A DNA stretch of 64,000 bases from contig JAVJNR010000003.1 of NCBI GenBank assembly GCA_040217195.1, positions 783,448-847,447 on the forward strand. The letters are read 5' to 3'. How positions within the stretch are numbered: position 1 is the first letter of the stretch; each line of letters opens with the position of its first letter. The notes below the pieces were generated by a model. That model worked only from the letters and a program-made list of their open reading frames with translations. It ran no database searches and was not told the origin of the DNA. Of the stretch, positions 46,507 to 56,936 are shown one piece after another. The DNA comes from Leptospiraceae bacterium. Its GTDB lineage: Bacteria > Spirochaetota > Leptospiria > Leptospirales > Leptonemataceae. A program made the translations under genes and the position numbers.

Positions 46507-49437
46507 ATGCAGGAAAAAACATCACAACCAGCGGGCGAATGGATTTCTCATCTTTCAGGTAGCGGGGAAACACAATTAACCCGGGCCCTGTTTGAGTCCC
46601 TACCGGGCATTTTCTACGTCCTGGACCAGGATGCCAGAGTTCTGGATTTTAATTCTAGATTTGCCGCAACCACTGGCTATCGCCCGGAGGAAATGCGCGG
46701 ACATCATGCTACCTATTTCACGGATCCATCCTACTTTGAACCCATGAAGAAAGCTATTGTCCGGGCTTTACGTTCTGGAGAAGCCACTTTGCAGGCCCCC
46801 ATAAAGACGAAGACCGGTGGACTAATTCCATTCTTTCTAACCGGCCGGAAGGTGGACATTGGTTCAAATTCCTATATCGTGGGGATGGGCATTGATCTTA
46901 CCAGAGAAATGGATGCGGTCAAGGCTCTGGAAGAAGCTGAGCACAGATATCTAGGTATCTTTCAGAATTCCACGGACGGATTGTATCTTTTTACCCGGGA
47001 TGGAATCCTGATCGCTATTAACCCGGCTGCCTGTAGATTTCATGGAGCTGGCCGGGAAGATTTGATGGATCGCGCGATTCGTGATCTACTGGAACCAGAG
47101 AAAGGGCGGCCGGTGGAACTCATTTCCCGGGCTGTCCGAATGGGACGTAAACTATCAGGCAACGGTACCGGGATTCGCATAGATGGATCCCATTTCGAAG
47201 GAGCTATTTCCGGAGTCCCCATGCAAATGGCCGGACAGAATTTCTACCTGGTAAGCGTTCGCGATATTAGCGCTCGCATAGCTACCGAGCGACAAATGGA
47301 GCGTTTGCAATACGTCGTGGATAATACTACAGACATCATTGCAATCGCCGATGACACCGGAAAGCATCTATTCATGAACAAGGCCGGAAGAGAGTTTGTA
47401 GGAGCCTCCCAGGACCTGGATCCATCCTTGCTTCAGATTCCGGAGTTTCATTCGGAAGATGTAACAAAATTCATTCTGGAAGAGGCCATCCCGGCTGCGC
47501 GAAAGAATGGGATCTGGAAGGGACGAACCTCTCTGCGAAGCCCGGATGGAAAAGAAGTTCCCTGCTCTCAGATTATCATATCGCACAGAAAGAACAGTCC
47601 GGAAGTATTTAGCACCATTATTAGAGATATTAGTGATCGCGAAAAGATTGTAGAAGAATTGCAGGCAGCTCGGGAATGGATGGGAATTACTCTGAACTCC
47701 ATTTCAGAAGGAGTAATATCCGTAGACCGGGACGGACAAATCGAATATATGAATCCAGCGGCGCAAAAGCTTACTGGCTGGGATAGCGACCATATTCAGA
47801 AACTGGCTCCTCTTTCATCTCTTACAGATCCACTGGAATCGGAGGAAGCCATTAATAGAGCCAGAAGAAAGGATGGCATTTCGGTTAAAGATGTATTGCG
47901 AATTATGGATGAAGAATCCCGGGAATGGCTGGACCTGGCTTCATTACTACCTGCAGGCGATGGAGCCAGAAGACAGGAAGCAGTATTACTTCGCAAAGAT
48001 GATACAGAAGTGATTGTGGAAATAACCTCTTCCAGAATGGAAGATCACCGAAAGCAATGGATTGGAACTACCTACATTTTCAGAAATATTACCCAGCATC
48101 GCGAAATCGCCAGGATTCTAGCTCATCAGGCAAATCACGATCCGCTCACAGAGCTAATAAATCGAAATCGATTCAAAGTATTTCTGGATGATGCGATTCA
48201 ATCCGCCCGAGCCGGCAAAGGAGTACATGCTTTCGCCTATGTGGATCTGGACCAGTTCAAAGTAGTAAACGATACAAGCGGACATTCGGCCGGCGATCAG
48301 CTGCTCCGACAACTCTCACAGATCATGCGGAAATTAATGCCTGCAGGCGATGTTCTCGCCAGGCTTGGTGGCGATGAGTTTGGAATTCTGCTGCATGATT
48401 CGAACCTGGAAGAATCCATGAAATGCCTGAATGCCATCAAGGATGGAGTTCAGGAGTTTCGTTTCGTCTGGGAAGATAAGATTTTCACTGTTGGATGTAG
48501 CATTGGCGTTGTATTCATCGACGAATTCGCAGAGAATGAAACTCAAATTCTGCGCGATGCAGATACTGCCTGCTACGCGGCCAAAGAACTGGGACGACAG
48601 AGAATTCATATTTTCCATCCAGATGATGAAGCACTCACTCGACGCCGAGCCGAGATGGAATGGGTGAACCAGGTTCAGGAGTCCCTGGAGGCCGGTAACT
48701 TCGAATTGTACTGTCAGCCCATTGCAGATCTGCAGGGAGGGACCGGACATCAATGTGAAATACTGGTTCGAATGAAGTCCGGAAATAACCTGGTAGCCCC
48801 TGGAATGTTTGTTCCTGCAGTGGAACGATTTGGTCTGATGTCCAGGCTGGACAAACACATCGTATCAAGATTCTTTGAAATTATCGAAGACTTCTGCAGG
48901 GACAATGCAGATGGCCTGGATGGATTCAATTATTTCACAATTAATCTGTCCGGAGCAACCCTGGGCGACGAAGATTTTCGAGACTTCCTTCTGGCTGCCA
49001 TCCGGGATAGCGGTATAGAACCTGGCAAGCTTTGCTTCGAGATTACAGAAACAGCAGCTGTAGCCAATATGGCCAGTGCAATGAAGTTCATTGCTGCGGT
49101 AAAAAAGCTGGGGGCCCATTTTGCTCTGGATGATTTCGGATCCGGTTTATCCTCTTTCGCATATCTTAAAACTCTTCCTGTTGATATATTGAAAATCGAC
49201 GGCATTTTCGTAAGGGATATATGCGATGATCCGGTGGATCTGGCCATGATTCGCTCCATTCGAGAACTGGGACAGGCTTTGAATATCAAAGTTGTAGGCG
49301 AATACGTAGAAACCAGGGATGTAATGGAAAAGCTCACCGAAATGGGTGTGGAGTACGGTCAGGGATACTATATTTCCAGGCCCATGCCATTCTGGGATTA
49401 TCTAACATCCAGAGGCAATGCGGTTCGCTCCGGTTGA
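46507..49437 (+). CDS. Multi-PAS GGDEF-EAL protein
   Basis: PAS repeats, RLGGDEF, EILVR, EITET, LDDFGSG, KIDG, GQGY. Confidence 0.93.
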   Translation: MQEKTSQPAGEWISHLSGSGETQLTRALFESLPGIFYVLDQDARVLDFNSRFAATTGYRPEEMRGHHATYFTDPSYFEPMKKAIVRALRSGEATLQAPIKTKTGGLIPFFLTGRKVDIGSNSYIVGMGIDLTREMDAVKALEEAEHRYLGIFQNSTDGLYLFTRDGILIAINPAACRFHGAGREDLMDRAIRDLLEPEKGRPVELISRAVRMGRKLSGNGTGIRIDGSHFEGAISGVPMQMAGQNFYLVSVRDISARIATERQMERLQYVVDNTTDIIAIADDTGKHLFMNKAGREFVGASQDLDPSLLQIPEFHSEDVTKFILEEAIPAARKNGIWKGRTSLRSPDGKEVPCSQIIISHRKNSPEVFSTIIRDISDREKIVEELQAAREWMGITLNSISEGVISVDRDGQIEYMNPAAQKLTGWDSDHIQKLAPLSSLTDPLESEEAINRARRKDGISVKDVLRIMDEESREWLDLASLLPAGDGARRQEAVLLRKDDTEVIVEITSSRMEDHRKQWIGTTYIFRNITQHREIARILAHQANHDPLTELINRNRFKVFLDDAIQSARAGKGVHAFAYVDLDQFKVVNDTSGHSAGDQLLRQLSQIMRKLMPAGDVLARLGGDEFGILLHDSNLEESMKCLNAIKDGVQEFRFVWEDKIFTVGCSIGVVFIDEFAENETQILRDADTACYAAKELGRQRIHIFHPDDEALTRRRAEMEWVNQVQESLEAGNFELYCQPIADLQGGTGHQCEILVRMKSGNNLVAPGMFVPAVERFGLMSRLDKHIVSRFFEIIEDFCRDNADGLDGFNYFTINLSGATLGDEDFRDFLLAAIRDSGIEPGKLCFEITETAAVANMASAMKFIAAVKKLGAHFALDDFGSGLSSFAYLKTLPVDILKIDGIFVRDICDDPVDLAMIRSIRELGQALNIKVVGEYVETRDVMEKLTEMGVEYGQGYYISRPMPFWDYLTSRGNAVRSG

Positions 49438-49495
49438 TTGCTGGATATTGCATTGACCAGCGCCCTGGATCAATCGCACGATTTCATAGAAAGCC

Positions 49496-50299
49496 TTAAC
49501 TGCGAAACCTAGCCTGAAACAGAAGACAGATCCCCAGAATAGCGCAATGCACCAGCACAATGGCTGCGCTGGCCGGAGTTCCAGCGAAAGCACTGATGAG
49601 CAACCCTGCCAGTGCCCCCAGAATAGAAAAAACAATGGAAAGTACCGTCATTTGAGCAAAGCTTCGACTAACCATTCGAGCAGCGGATGCAGGTAAAACC
49701 AGAAAGCTAGTGATTAGCACTGCACCAATGAGCTTGATGGACAATACAATCACAAGAGCAATCAATGCCACCAGAAGCCATTCCATGAGATCCACTTTTT
49801 GCCCATCGCTTTTGGCCAGCTCAGCATCCAGACCAGCATAGGCCCAGTGCCCCCAGAAAGCGAAGCTTCCGATAGTAAGCAATAGCAATCCACCTGCAAT
49901 CCACAGATCTATTGTTTCTACATAGAGCACGGATCCGAACAAATAGGCAAATGCATCCTGACCAAAACTATTCCTTAAAGATAAAAATAGAATCCCCAGA
50001 GCCATGCTAACAGAGAACAGGATTCCAGTGGAAGAATCCGCGCTCAAACCTCGATTTCCCAGCCAGTGAATCAGACTGGCCCCAAGCAGTGTAAAGGGAA
50101 CTGCAATGTAGAGTGGTTCTGTGTCCAGAAGCATGGCCAGGGCCACACTTCCAAAGGCAGCATGGGCCAGACCGGAGCCCAGAAAGCTCATCTGCCGCTG
50201 CACCACAAATACACCGTAATACCCGGCAAAGAATGCAACCAGGCTTGTGAGAATCAGTGAGCGGACAAAAAAATCCAGGGAAAGCAGATCTGCAATCAT
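49496..50299 (-). CDS. znuB: Zn/Mn ABC transporter permease
   Basis: GVFVVQRQMSFLGSGLAHAAF, YLFGSVL, IGAVLI..LVLPA. Confidence 0.88.
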   Translation of the reverse strand: MIADLLSLDFFVRSLILTSLVAFFAGYYGVFVVQRQMSFLGSGLAHAAFGSVALAMLLDTEPLYIAVPFTLLGASLIHWLGNRGLSADSSTGILFSVSMALGILFLSLRNSFGQDAFAYLFGSVLYVETIDLWIAGGLLLLTIGSFAFWGHWAYAGLDAELAKSDGQKVDLMEWLLVALIALVIVLSIKLIGAVLITSFLVLPASAARMVSRSFAQMTVLSIVFSILGALAGLLISAFAGTPASAAIVLVHCAILGICLLFQARFRS

Positions 50300-50351
50300 C
50301 CGGAGTCTAAAATGATAGACCTGCCTGCCGATGCATTGCTTTTTTAAACTC

Positions 50352-50747
50352 ATGGATAAGATTCAAAAGTCAGCAGAAGAGTGGAAGCAGCAGCTCAGTC
50401 CGGAAGAGTATGAAGTAGCCCGACAGGGTGGCACGGAACGAGCATTTACAGGTAGATACTGGGATAATAAGGAAGCAGGAACCTACCGATGTGTTTGCTG
50501 CGGAGAAGAGCTCTTTAGATCCGATGAGAAATTCGAATCTGGCAGCGGCTGGCCAAGTTTCTGGCAACCGGCCAGCGACGATGTGGTAACCAGCAAAGAG
50601 GATCGATCTCATGGAATGGTTCGTGTGGAAGTGCTCTGCAATAAGTGCGATGCGCATCTGGGACATGTGTTTCCAGATGGTCCGAAACCCACAGGACAGC
50701 GATTCTGCATTAATTCCTTGTCATTGAAGTTCGAACCAGAAGACTGA
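50352..50747 (+). CDS. msrB: Methionine-R-sulfoxide reductase
   Basis: GTERAFTG, CxxC x2, [22 protein letters not shown]. Confidence 0.97.
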   Translation: MDKIQKSAEEWKQQLSPEEYEVARQGGTERAFTGRYWDNKEAGTYRCVCCGEELFRSDEKFESGSGWPSFWQPASDDVVTSKEDRSHGMVRVEVLCNKCDAHLGHVFPDGPKPTGQRFCINSLSLKFEPED

Positions 50748-50811
50748 GATTCGGAGGCCCCGCATCTGCAGGCCTCCGTTTACGAAGCAACAACACAAAG
50801 AGAGAACTGAC

Positions 50812-52455
50812 TTGAGCGACCGCACTCCCTGGTGGCAGGCCACCACTATTTATCAGATCTATCCGCGTTCCTTTTTCGATTCTAATGGAGATGGAATTGG
50901 AGATATACCGGGAATCATTCAAAAGCTGGACTACATCAAGGATCTGGGTTTTGAAACCATCTGGCTTTCTCCCCATTACCAGAGTCCGCAGCGAGATTTT
51001 GGATATGATATAAGCGATTATTACAGCATTGATCCTCGGTACGGAACCGTGGAGGATGCGCTTGAACTCATCAAAGAAACTCATAATCGGGGGATGAAAA
51101 TCATTTTCGATATGATTCTAAATCATACTTCCGATGAGCATGCCTGGTTTAAGGAGTCTCGCTCCAGCAAAGACAATCCAAAAAGAGATTGGTATATCTG
51201 GAAAAGAGGAAAGGGTAAGAAGCCGCCGAATAACTGGGCCTGTCTGCCCGGCGGCTCTGGCTGGACCTACGATAGAAATACCGATGAATGGTACTTTCAC
51301 AATTTTCTAAGCTTTCAACCTGATCTGAACTTTCGCAATCCGGAAGTGAAAGAAGCGATGTTCAATACAATCCGATACTGGCTGGATAAGGGAGTGGATG
51401 GATATCGCCTGGATATTTTTCACAGCATATACAAGGATGAGCAATTCAGAGATAATCCGTTCAGCTGGAAGTACATCCCCGGCTCGGATTTCGATGAAGG
51501 ATACTTCCAGAAACTGCAATACAATCTGAATCGTCCGGAAACCTTCGAACTGGCCAGGGAGGTGCGAAGCCTCATAGATGAATACAGTCCACATCGCTTC
51601 GTGGTAGGGGAAGTATTTGGAAAAGGAGTGGTAAAAAAGTATCTGGGCGAAAACCAGGATGGATTAAACCTGATATTGCTCTTCGAACTCATTCAGTTAC
51701 ATGGAGCGAAGGCTGCAGATATCAGAGAAATACTCAACTATTACGAAAAGGAATATCCATCGCCGCACCTGCCAACACTTTCTTTGGGAAATCATGATCG
51801 ACGCAGATACATGAGCCGAATTGGCGAAAATCCGGCTCTTGCCAGGCTTCTTGTAGTATTACAATACACGGCCCGGGGAGTGCCCATCACTTATTACGGC
51901 GATGAGCTGGGTATTCCGGATGGAGAATTCTCTCACAGAGGAGCCCTTGATGCAGCGGCCCATCCATACTGGTGGATGCCTGCTAAACTGGCGAAATGGC
52001 TTAAGCTCTACATAAATAGAGACGGTTGCAGGACTCCCATGCAATGGAATGGCAGCTCCCATGCAGGTTTCACATCAGGTAATAATCCCTGGCTTCCGGT
52101 TCATTCGAACTATCAATCCTGCAATGTGGAATCTCAGCTAAATGAACCAGGATCGCTTTTGCGAATCCACCAGGCATTGTTGCATTTACGCAGACAAAAA
52201 TCCTCCTTGAATTCCGGCGATCTCTCACTTCTTGCAGATGAAATCCCATCCGATGTAGTGGCCTATGCTCGAAGCAAAGAAAAAGATACAGCATTAATTC
52301 TAATGAATTTCTCCAATAAGAAACTGAGATTCAATGTACCGGAACGATTCAATGAATGCAGAGAAACCTCATTTAGCCTGGCCGGAGGAAATCTAGACGC
52401 AAACCACGTGAATCTACCGGCTAATGCTGCCTTGATTCTTTCTTCCAATCATTAG
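50812..52455 (+). CDS. GH13 alpha-glucosidase / oligo-1,6-glucosidase
   Basis: YQIYPRSF, NHTSDEH, QPDLN, DGYRLD, VGE, NHD, RDGCRTPMQW. Confidence 0.92.
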   Translation: MSDRTPWWQATTIYQIYPRSFFDSNGDGIGDIPGIIQKLDYIKDLGFETIWLSPHYQSPQRDFGYDISDYYSIDPRYGTVEDALELIKETHNRGMKIIFDMILNHTSDEHAWFKESRSSKDNPKRDWYIWKRGKGKKPPNNWACLPGGSGWTYDRNTDEWYFHNFLSFQPDLNFRNPEVKEAMFNTIRYWLDKGVDGYRLDIFHSIYKDEQFRDNPFSWKYIPGSDFDEGYFQKLQYNLNRPETFELAREVRSLIDEYSPHRFVVGEVFGKGVVKKYLGENQDGLNLILLFELIQLHGAKAADIREILNYYEKEYPSPHLPTLSLGNHDRRRYMSRIGENPALARLLVVLQYTARGVPITYYGDELGIPDGEFSHRGALDAAAHPYWWMPAKLAKWLKLYINRDGCRTPMQWNGSSHAGFTSGNNPWLPVHSNYQSCNVESQLNEPGSLLRIHQALLHLRRQKSSLNSGDLSLLADEIPSDVVAYARSKEKDTALILMNFSNKKLRFNVPERFNECRETSFSLAGGNLDANHVNLPANAALILSSNH

Positions 52456-52620
52456 CGCTGGTTTTTCCAGGATCGACGGTATTGGCGTACAAAAATCTAT
52501 TACTGCCTGAACTGATTTCAGCGCTAAAAAACGGAGGGGGAGCCGCGAAACCGGGCGGGGATGCGACCTTCGCCCGGGAAAGTTGTTGCATATTACAGTA
52601 TCTTCTGCCATTTCTGTGAA

Positions 52621-53583
52621 ATGCGAAAAAGTTTACTTTATACGGAATTCACAATTCAGCTCTTTCCTGCACTCAGGAAATATTCCCTATTTCTGGCCAT
52701 GACAGTCTTGTTCACGTCCTGCGCCTCCGTGGACAAAACTCGAATACCGGCAGGACCTGACCTACAGGATCCAGAGCCCATGGAAATGCGGGCCGGAATT
52801 GAGCCTTACTATCAAAGAGTAGATATCATAAGACAGCAAGACTGCACCACCACTACAACCGTCAATGCAGACGGATCCGTGAGCACTCAGAGAAACTGCA
52901 CTCCAGTCCCCTACTCTCCTATGGGAGTGTTTCTGGGCAATGGACTGTTCGTAGACGTTAGAGGAAATATTGCAATCGACCTGGTAACCGTTACCGGTCT
53001 GAGAAATCTGCAGAAGTTTACTATGAGCAGGGATTCTTCGTCCTGGTTTAGCAGTCAGGAATCCAGGGTATCCAGGGATGGAAATCAGATCGTTCTTTTT
53101 GAACCAGGAATCTTTCTGGACGATGAAGTGCGAATTGGTATTACACCACGTGGACTGGACCTGGAAGATAACGTTAAGCTGATTCAGGATGCCAACGGAA
53201 TTCGATATGAGGGTATGGAGAAAACTACTATATTCGGAATTGAAATCGGCAATGACCCTCCAGAGGTTACCATTAATTCGAAGGATTCGCTTCAGGCCGG
53301 ACCTGTGAAAATTGTTCGCGCATCCGACGAAAGCATCCTCGTGGGCCGGATAGCCAGCTTTCGTAAGAATGGAGACCAGATAGTCATGGAATCCGCTGGT
53401 AGTATTTTTTCAGGCAATGTCAAACATTACATCTATCGTTCGCAGAACAAGATGGCTATTGTAAACGAAGATAAATCTCTGGGAATTACTATGAGCTGGG
53501 ATGATCAGTCCATTCAGATTCAGACTGTGCTTTCTATGTTCAGTTACTTTGGTCAGGATTCCACGATTCGAATCGTAAAGTAA
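52621..53583 (+). CDS. Hypothetical beta-rich lipoprotein
   Basis: FTSC lipobox; beta-strand-rich sequence; start uncertain. Confidence 0.6.
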   Translation: MRKSLLYTEFTIQLFPALRKYSLFLAMTVLFTSCASVDKTRIPAGPDLQDPEPMEMRAGIEPYYQRVDIIRQQDCTTTTTVNADGSVSTQRNCTPVPYSPMGVFLGNGLFVDVRGNIAIDLVTVTGLRNLQKFTMSRDSSSWFSSQESRVSRDGNQIVLFEPGIFLDDEVRIGITPRGLDLEDNVKLIQDANGIRYEGMEKTTIFGIEIGNDPPEVTINSKDSLQAGPVKIVRASDESILVGRIASFRKNGDQIVMESAGSIFSGNVKHYIYRSQNKMAIVNEDKSLGITMSWDDQSIQIQTVLSMFSYFGQDSTIRIVK

Positions 53584-53606
53584 TCCACAATACTTCGGGT
53601 TCTGGA

Positions 53607-54350
53607 CTAAAGCCAGGGCCCGGACGGATGCTCATGGCCGCCATGTCCGAAGGCAGCCTTGAGATTTTCCTGGGTCAGGCAATCCGGTGTTCCATACGCC
53701 AGGTTTGTACGATTCATGATTAAAACATGCGTAGCATGATGATAGGCAGCGTCCAGATCGTGGGTAACCATCAGGATGGTCGTCCCATGCTCCTGTCGCA
53801 GATGATCCAGTAACTCATACATATCTGTTTCGCCGGAACGATCCAGACCTGTGGCCGGTTCATCCAGAATGATTAGGGCCGGGTTACGAATTAGACTGCG
53901 AGCAAGGTAAACTCTCTGAAGCTCTCCACCACTTAAGTCGCTTAATAAATGACCATTGTAGCCTCGGAGCCCCACTCGCTCCAGGCAATGTTCCACTTTT
54001 AGTTTTACGGGACGGGGTACATAAAATGGCCAACGTGAACGTAAACCGGTGCTTACCATTTCAAGAACTGTGGCCGGGAAGCGGCGATCCAGGGTTTTGG
54101 CCTGAGGTACATATCCTATTCCAGATTCGGAGCAGGAGACCTGAACCGTTCCATGATCAATCTCCACCAATCCCAGAATAGCCTTTAACAATGTAGATTT
54201 TCCACTGCCATTGGGTCCCAGAACTGCGGTCCAACTTCCGGGATTGCACTGTAGATGCAGATCCTCTATGGCCACATTTCGTCCAAATCGAACAGTCAAC
54301 CCTTCGACTTTTAGACAGTAGGATTCTTTCTGAATTGAACTAGAATTCAT
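53607..54350 (-). CDS. znuC: Zn/Mn ABC transporter ATPase
   Basis: [32 protein letters not shown], His-containing tail. Confidence 0.9.
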   Translation of the reverse strand: MNSSSIQKESYCLKVEGLTVRFGRNVAIEDLHLQCNPGSWTAVLGPNGSGKSTLLKAILGLVEIDHGTVQVSCSESGIGYVPQAKTLDRRFPATVLEMVSTGLRSRWPFYVPRPVKLKVEHCLERVGLRGYNGHLLSDLSGGELQRVYLARSLIRNPALIILDEPATGLDRSGETDMYELLDHLRQEHGTTILMVTHDLDAAYHHATHVLIMNRTNLAYGTPDCLTQENLKAAFGHGGHEHPSGPWL

Positions 54351-54478
54351 TTTATCGGTACTCTTTCATTTCAATCCAGGGACCGTCTACGGTCTGCTCC
54401 TTGCATCATAGAGAGGCAGGATTTTGCAGTCAGATAGAGTCTGTGGCTGGATGCATTTACTCATAGAAACATAGTACC

Positions 54479-55363
54479 TCAGAAACGCAGGGCTGCCAGA
54501 GCCTCCAATTGATTGCTCAATAGCTCCGATAGGTTACGAGCGCTGGAGCCCATGGGATCCAGTTCCACAATTCGTGCATCCAATTCCCGGGCCAGGATTC
54601 GAGCCTGTCTCAATGGAAGTTGTTTTTCATGCACGATGATGTCCACAGGTTTCAAAGACAATAGATATCTCCATTCTTTGATGCTCAGCTCTTTTCCAGG
54701 AATTGGCTCCACTATCGCCACAATTTCAATTCCATGCTCGGTCAAAAAGCTTTCATAGGTAGAATGCATCAGTATAGCTCTCTTTCCCTGCAGATGCTTT
54801 AATCTCTTTGCAGCTTCCAGTTCCAGGGTCTCCATTTCCCGGGATAGAATGGCAATTTCAGATCTAATTCTCTGTTCCGACTGCAAATCCTGTTGAATCA
54901 GAAGTCCCTGCAATCTGGGTAGAACCTCGGCCACCCTGTGTGGATCCGTCCAGAAATGGGGATCCATGTTCCGATCAGCGTTTCCCGTTGAACCGTGGGA
55001 ATGCTGATGATCCTTTCCATGATAGCCTGCCCTGGCTTCCGGCAAGAGAGCAAAGGAGGGACACTCTTTAAAATTGGCTGCCCAGCCGTCCAGAACCGGA
55101 GCCACGTAGAATAGAGCCTTGCAATCCCTGTACTGCATTAGATCGGCCACCGAAGGATCATAGGTTTCAGGATTACGACCGGGATGTACCAGGGCCTGAC
55201 TCATCCGGCTTCCGGCCACTCTCTCTATTAGAAAAGCCACCGGTTGAATTGTAGATGGGTATGGAATGGAGCGCGCCGGCTGACAGTAGGCCAACCAGGA
55301 AACTGACAAAACGACGCTGCAGAGTGTCACTCTGTCAGTCATGGATTTCATTACCGGTATCAA
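54479..55363 (-). CDS. znuA: Zn/Mn ABC transporter substrate-binding protein
   Basis: His-rich loop, DPHFWTDP, MHSTY, LDPMG. Confidence 0.82.
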   Translation of the reverse strand: MIPVMKSMTDRVTLCSVVLSVSWLAYCQPARSIPYPSTIQPVAFLIERVAGSRMSQALVHPGRNPETYDPSVADLMQYRDCKALFYVAPVLDGWAANFKECPSFALLPEARAGYHGKDHQHSHGSTGNADRNMDPHFWTDPHRVAEVLPRLQGLLIQQDLQSEQRIRSEIAILSREMETLELEAAKRLKHLQGKRAILMHSTYESFLTEHGIEIVAIVEPIPGKELSIKEWRYLLSLKPVDIIVHEKQLPLRQARILARELDARIVELDPMGSSARNLSELLSNQLEALAALRF

Positions 55364-55387
55364 TCGCCTATTCCGCTCCTCTGGAGG

Positions 55388-55404
55388 CTGGCACAGCTCT
55401 TGCT
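55388..55404 (+). promoter_or_regulatory. Sigma-54 (-24/-12) promoter of the Hsp20 cluster
   Basis: CTGGCAC-AGCTC-TTGCT matches TGGCAC-N5-TTGCW, about 40 nt upstream of the ATG with AAGGAGG RBS. Confidence 0.85.
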
Positions 55405-55445
55405 ATATAATAATCGAGAACAGCAAGCATTAAAGGAGGCACGAC

Positions 55446-55844
55446 ATGTTCTGGAATGACTGGTACGGATGGCAACGAAATCTATGGGAGGATCTTTCAA
55501 AGTTGGAATCCCCTCAAAGGTATCGAAGCAGCTATCCTGGCGTTAGACTATACAGCAATGAGAATGAAGCAGTGGTTCAGGCCGAAGTGCCCGGAGTATC
55601 TGCCCAGGATCTGGACATTCAGGTCCAGGATAATGAACTGAATATTAAACTCAAGAGGATTGTGGAAGAAGGCGAAGCGGTTCGTCGGGAACGTCCTCAG
55701 GGAGACTACGAAAAGACGGTCCGGCTTCCGTTTCGCGCAAACCATGAGGCGGTAAATGCAAGCCTCAAATCAGGTGTGCTCACCGTTCGCATGGAAAGGG
55801 CGGAGGAAGACAAACCAAGAAAGATTGCCGTAGCGGCGTCCTGA
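55446..55844 (+). CDS. Hsp20/alpha-crystallin small heat-shock protein
   Basis: AEVPGV, RRER, LP, ASLKSGVLTV. Confidence 0.9.
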   Translation: MFWNDWYGWQRNLWEDLSKLESPQRYRSSYPGVRLYSNENEAVVQAEVPGVSAQDLDIQVQDNELNIKLKRIVEEGEAVRRERPQGDYEKTVRLPFRANHEAVNASLKSGVLTVRMERAEEDKPRKIAVAAS

Positions 55845-55890
55845 CAGGGGTAAGCCCGGTTTCCGGGCCGGACCCTGAAAGAGAACTACT

Positions 55891-56298
55891 ATGAAGGAGA
55901 AAACAATGGAAACAGCAGTAAGTAATAGAACCGAAAAACGAAGCGAACTGGAACAACGCAACGCAGCAAAAAGACGTGTGTATTCACCGGCTGTGGATCT
56001 ATATCGCAGGGACGATAAATTTCATCTATACGCCGATATTCCAGGGGCCAGCGAAGACACTGTCGATGTAAGTGTTGAAAAGAACATACTTACAATCAAG
56101 GCAGTGGCAGAAGAGCAGAAGGTAGAAGGCAATCTTCTGTACAGCGAATATGGCATAGGTGACTATGAAAGAAGCTTTAGATTGAGCGAAGAAATCGACG
56201 TGGAAAACATCGAAGCCAGAGTTCGCAACGGAGTTCTGGAACTGATCATTCCGGTAAGCCAGCCCTCAACAAGAAAGATTCAGGTTAAATCGGAATGA
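55891..56298 (+). CDS. Hsp20/alpha-crystallin small heat-shock protein
   Basis: PAVD, ADIPG, YERSFRL, NGVLEL. Confidence 0.92.
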   Translation: MKEKTMETAVSNRTEKRSELEQRNAAKRRVYSPAVDLYRRDDKFHLYADIPGASEDTVDVSVEKNILTIKAVAEEQKVEGNLLYSEYGIGDYERSFRLSEEIDVENIEARVRNGVLELIIPVSQPSTRKIQVKSE

Positions 56299-56307
56299 AT
56301 AATGACG

Positions 56308-56337
56308 CCTGGCCTGGACAAAGTTAACCAGGCCAGG
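56308..56337. other. Intercistronic hairpin between hsp20 genes 2 and 3
   Basis: CCTGGCCTGG-N10-CCAGGCCAGG 10-bp stem just upstream of the GGAGG RBS. Confidence 0.55.
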
Positions 56338-56354
56338 GCATTGGAGGTATAAAA

Positions 56355-56828
56355 ATGGGACTAAAAGATCTAATAAATAAGAAAGGGACATCCAGCCCGC
56401 AACGCCGGGATGATTCTTTTCTTGGCTTTCATCGAGAGATGAACAATCTGTTCAATGAGTTTTTCAGAGACTTCTATGAAATGGAACCATCGAGCATGAA
56501 CGTTGCTGTGGATATTCATGAAACAGATAAGGAAGTCCAGGTAACTGTGGAGCTTCCGGGTGTAGAAGAAAAAGACCTGGAACTAACACTGGAAAAGAAT
56601 TCGCTTACAATAAAAGGCGAAAAAAAGCAGGAATCGGAAGTTAAAGAAGACAGTTACCATCGCATTGAACGCAGCTACGGTAGCTTTCAGCGCACCGTAA
56701 CTCTTCCTTGCGAAGTAGAAGATGAAAAAGCGCAAGCAAACTATAAGAAGGGAGTGCTTCACATCAAACTTCCGAAAAAAGACAAGCCAGCAATAGAAAA
56801 AAAGAAAATCTCCGTAACCACTGGCTGA
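56355..56828 (+). CDS. Hsp20/alpha-crystallin small heat-shock protein
   Basis: VDIHET, ELPGV, ERSYGSFQRTVTLP, KGVLHIKLPK. Confidence 0.94.
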   Translation: MGLKDLINKKGTSSPQRRDDSFLGFHREMNNLFNEFFRDFYEMEPSSMNVAVDIHETDKEVQVTVELPGVEEKDLELTLEKNSLTIKGEKKQESEVKEDSYHRIERSYGSFQRTVTLPCEVEDEKAQANYKKGVLHIKLPKKDKPAIEKKKISVTTG

Positions 56829-56882
56829 TCTATTCGCAGATGGCAATTGTATGAATTTGCTATGCGAATACACTTTGATTCA

Positions 56883-56902
56883 GGGGACAGCGAACTGTCC
56901 CC
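56883..56902 (+). terminator. Possible terminator hairpin after Hsp20 cluster
   Basis: GGGGACAG-CGAA-CTGTCCCC stem, T-rich run 7 nt downstream. Confidence 0.55.
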
Positions 56903-56936
56903 GTCCTAATTTTTAACCAATCAGTAAAGAGCCGGA

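Noticed and set aside
55364..55445. CIRCE (HrcA) element upstream of hsp20
   Set aside because: TTAGCACTC-N9-GAGTGCTAA is not present; the site fits a sigma-54 promoter instead.
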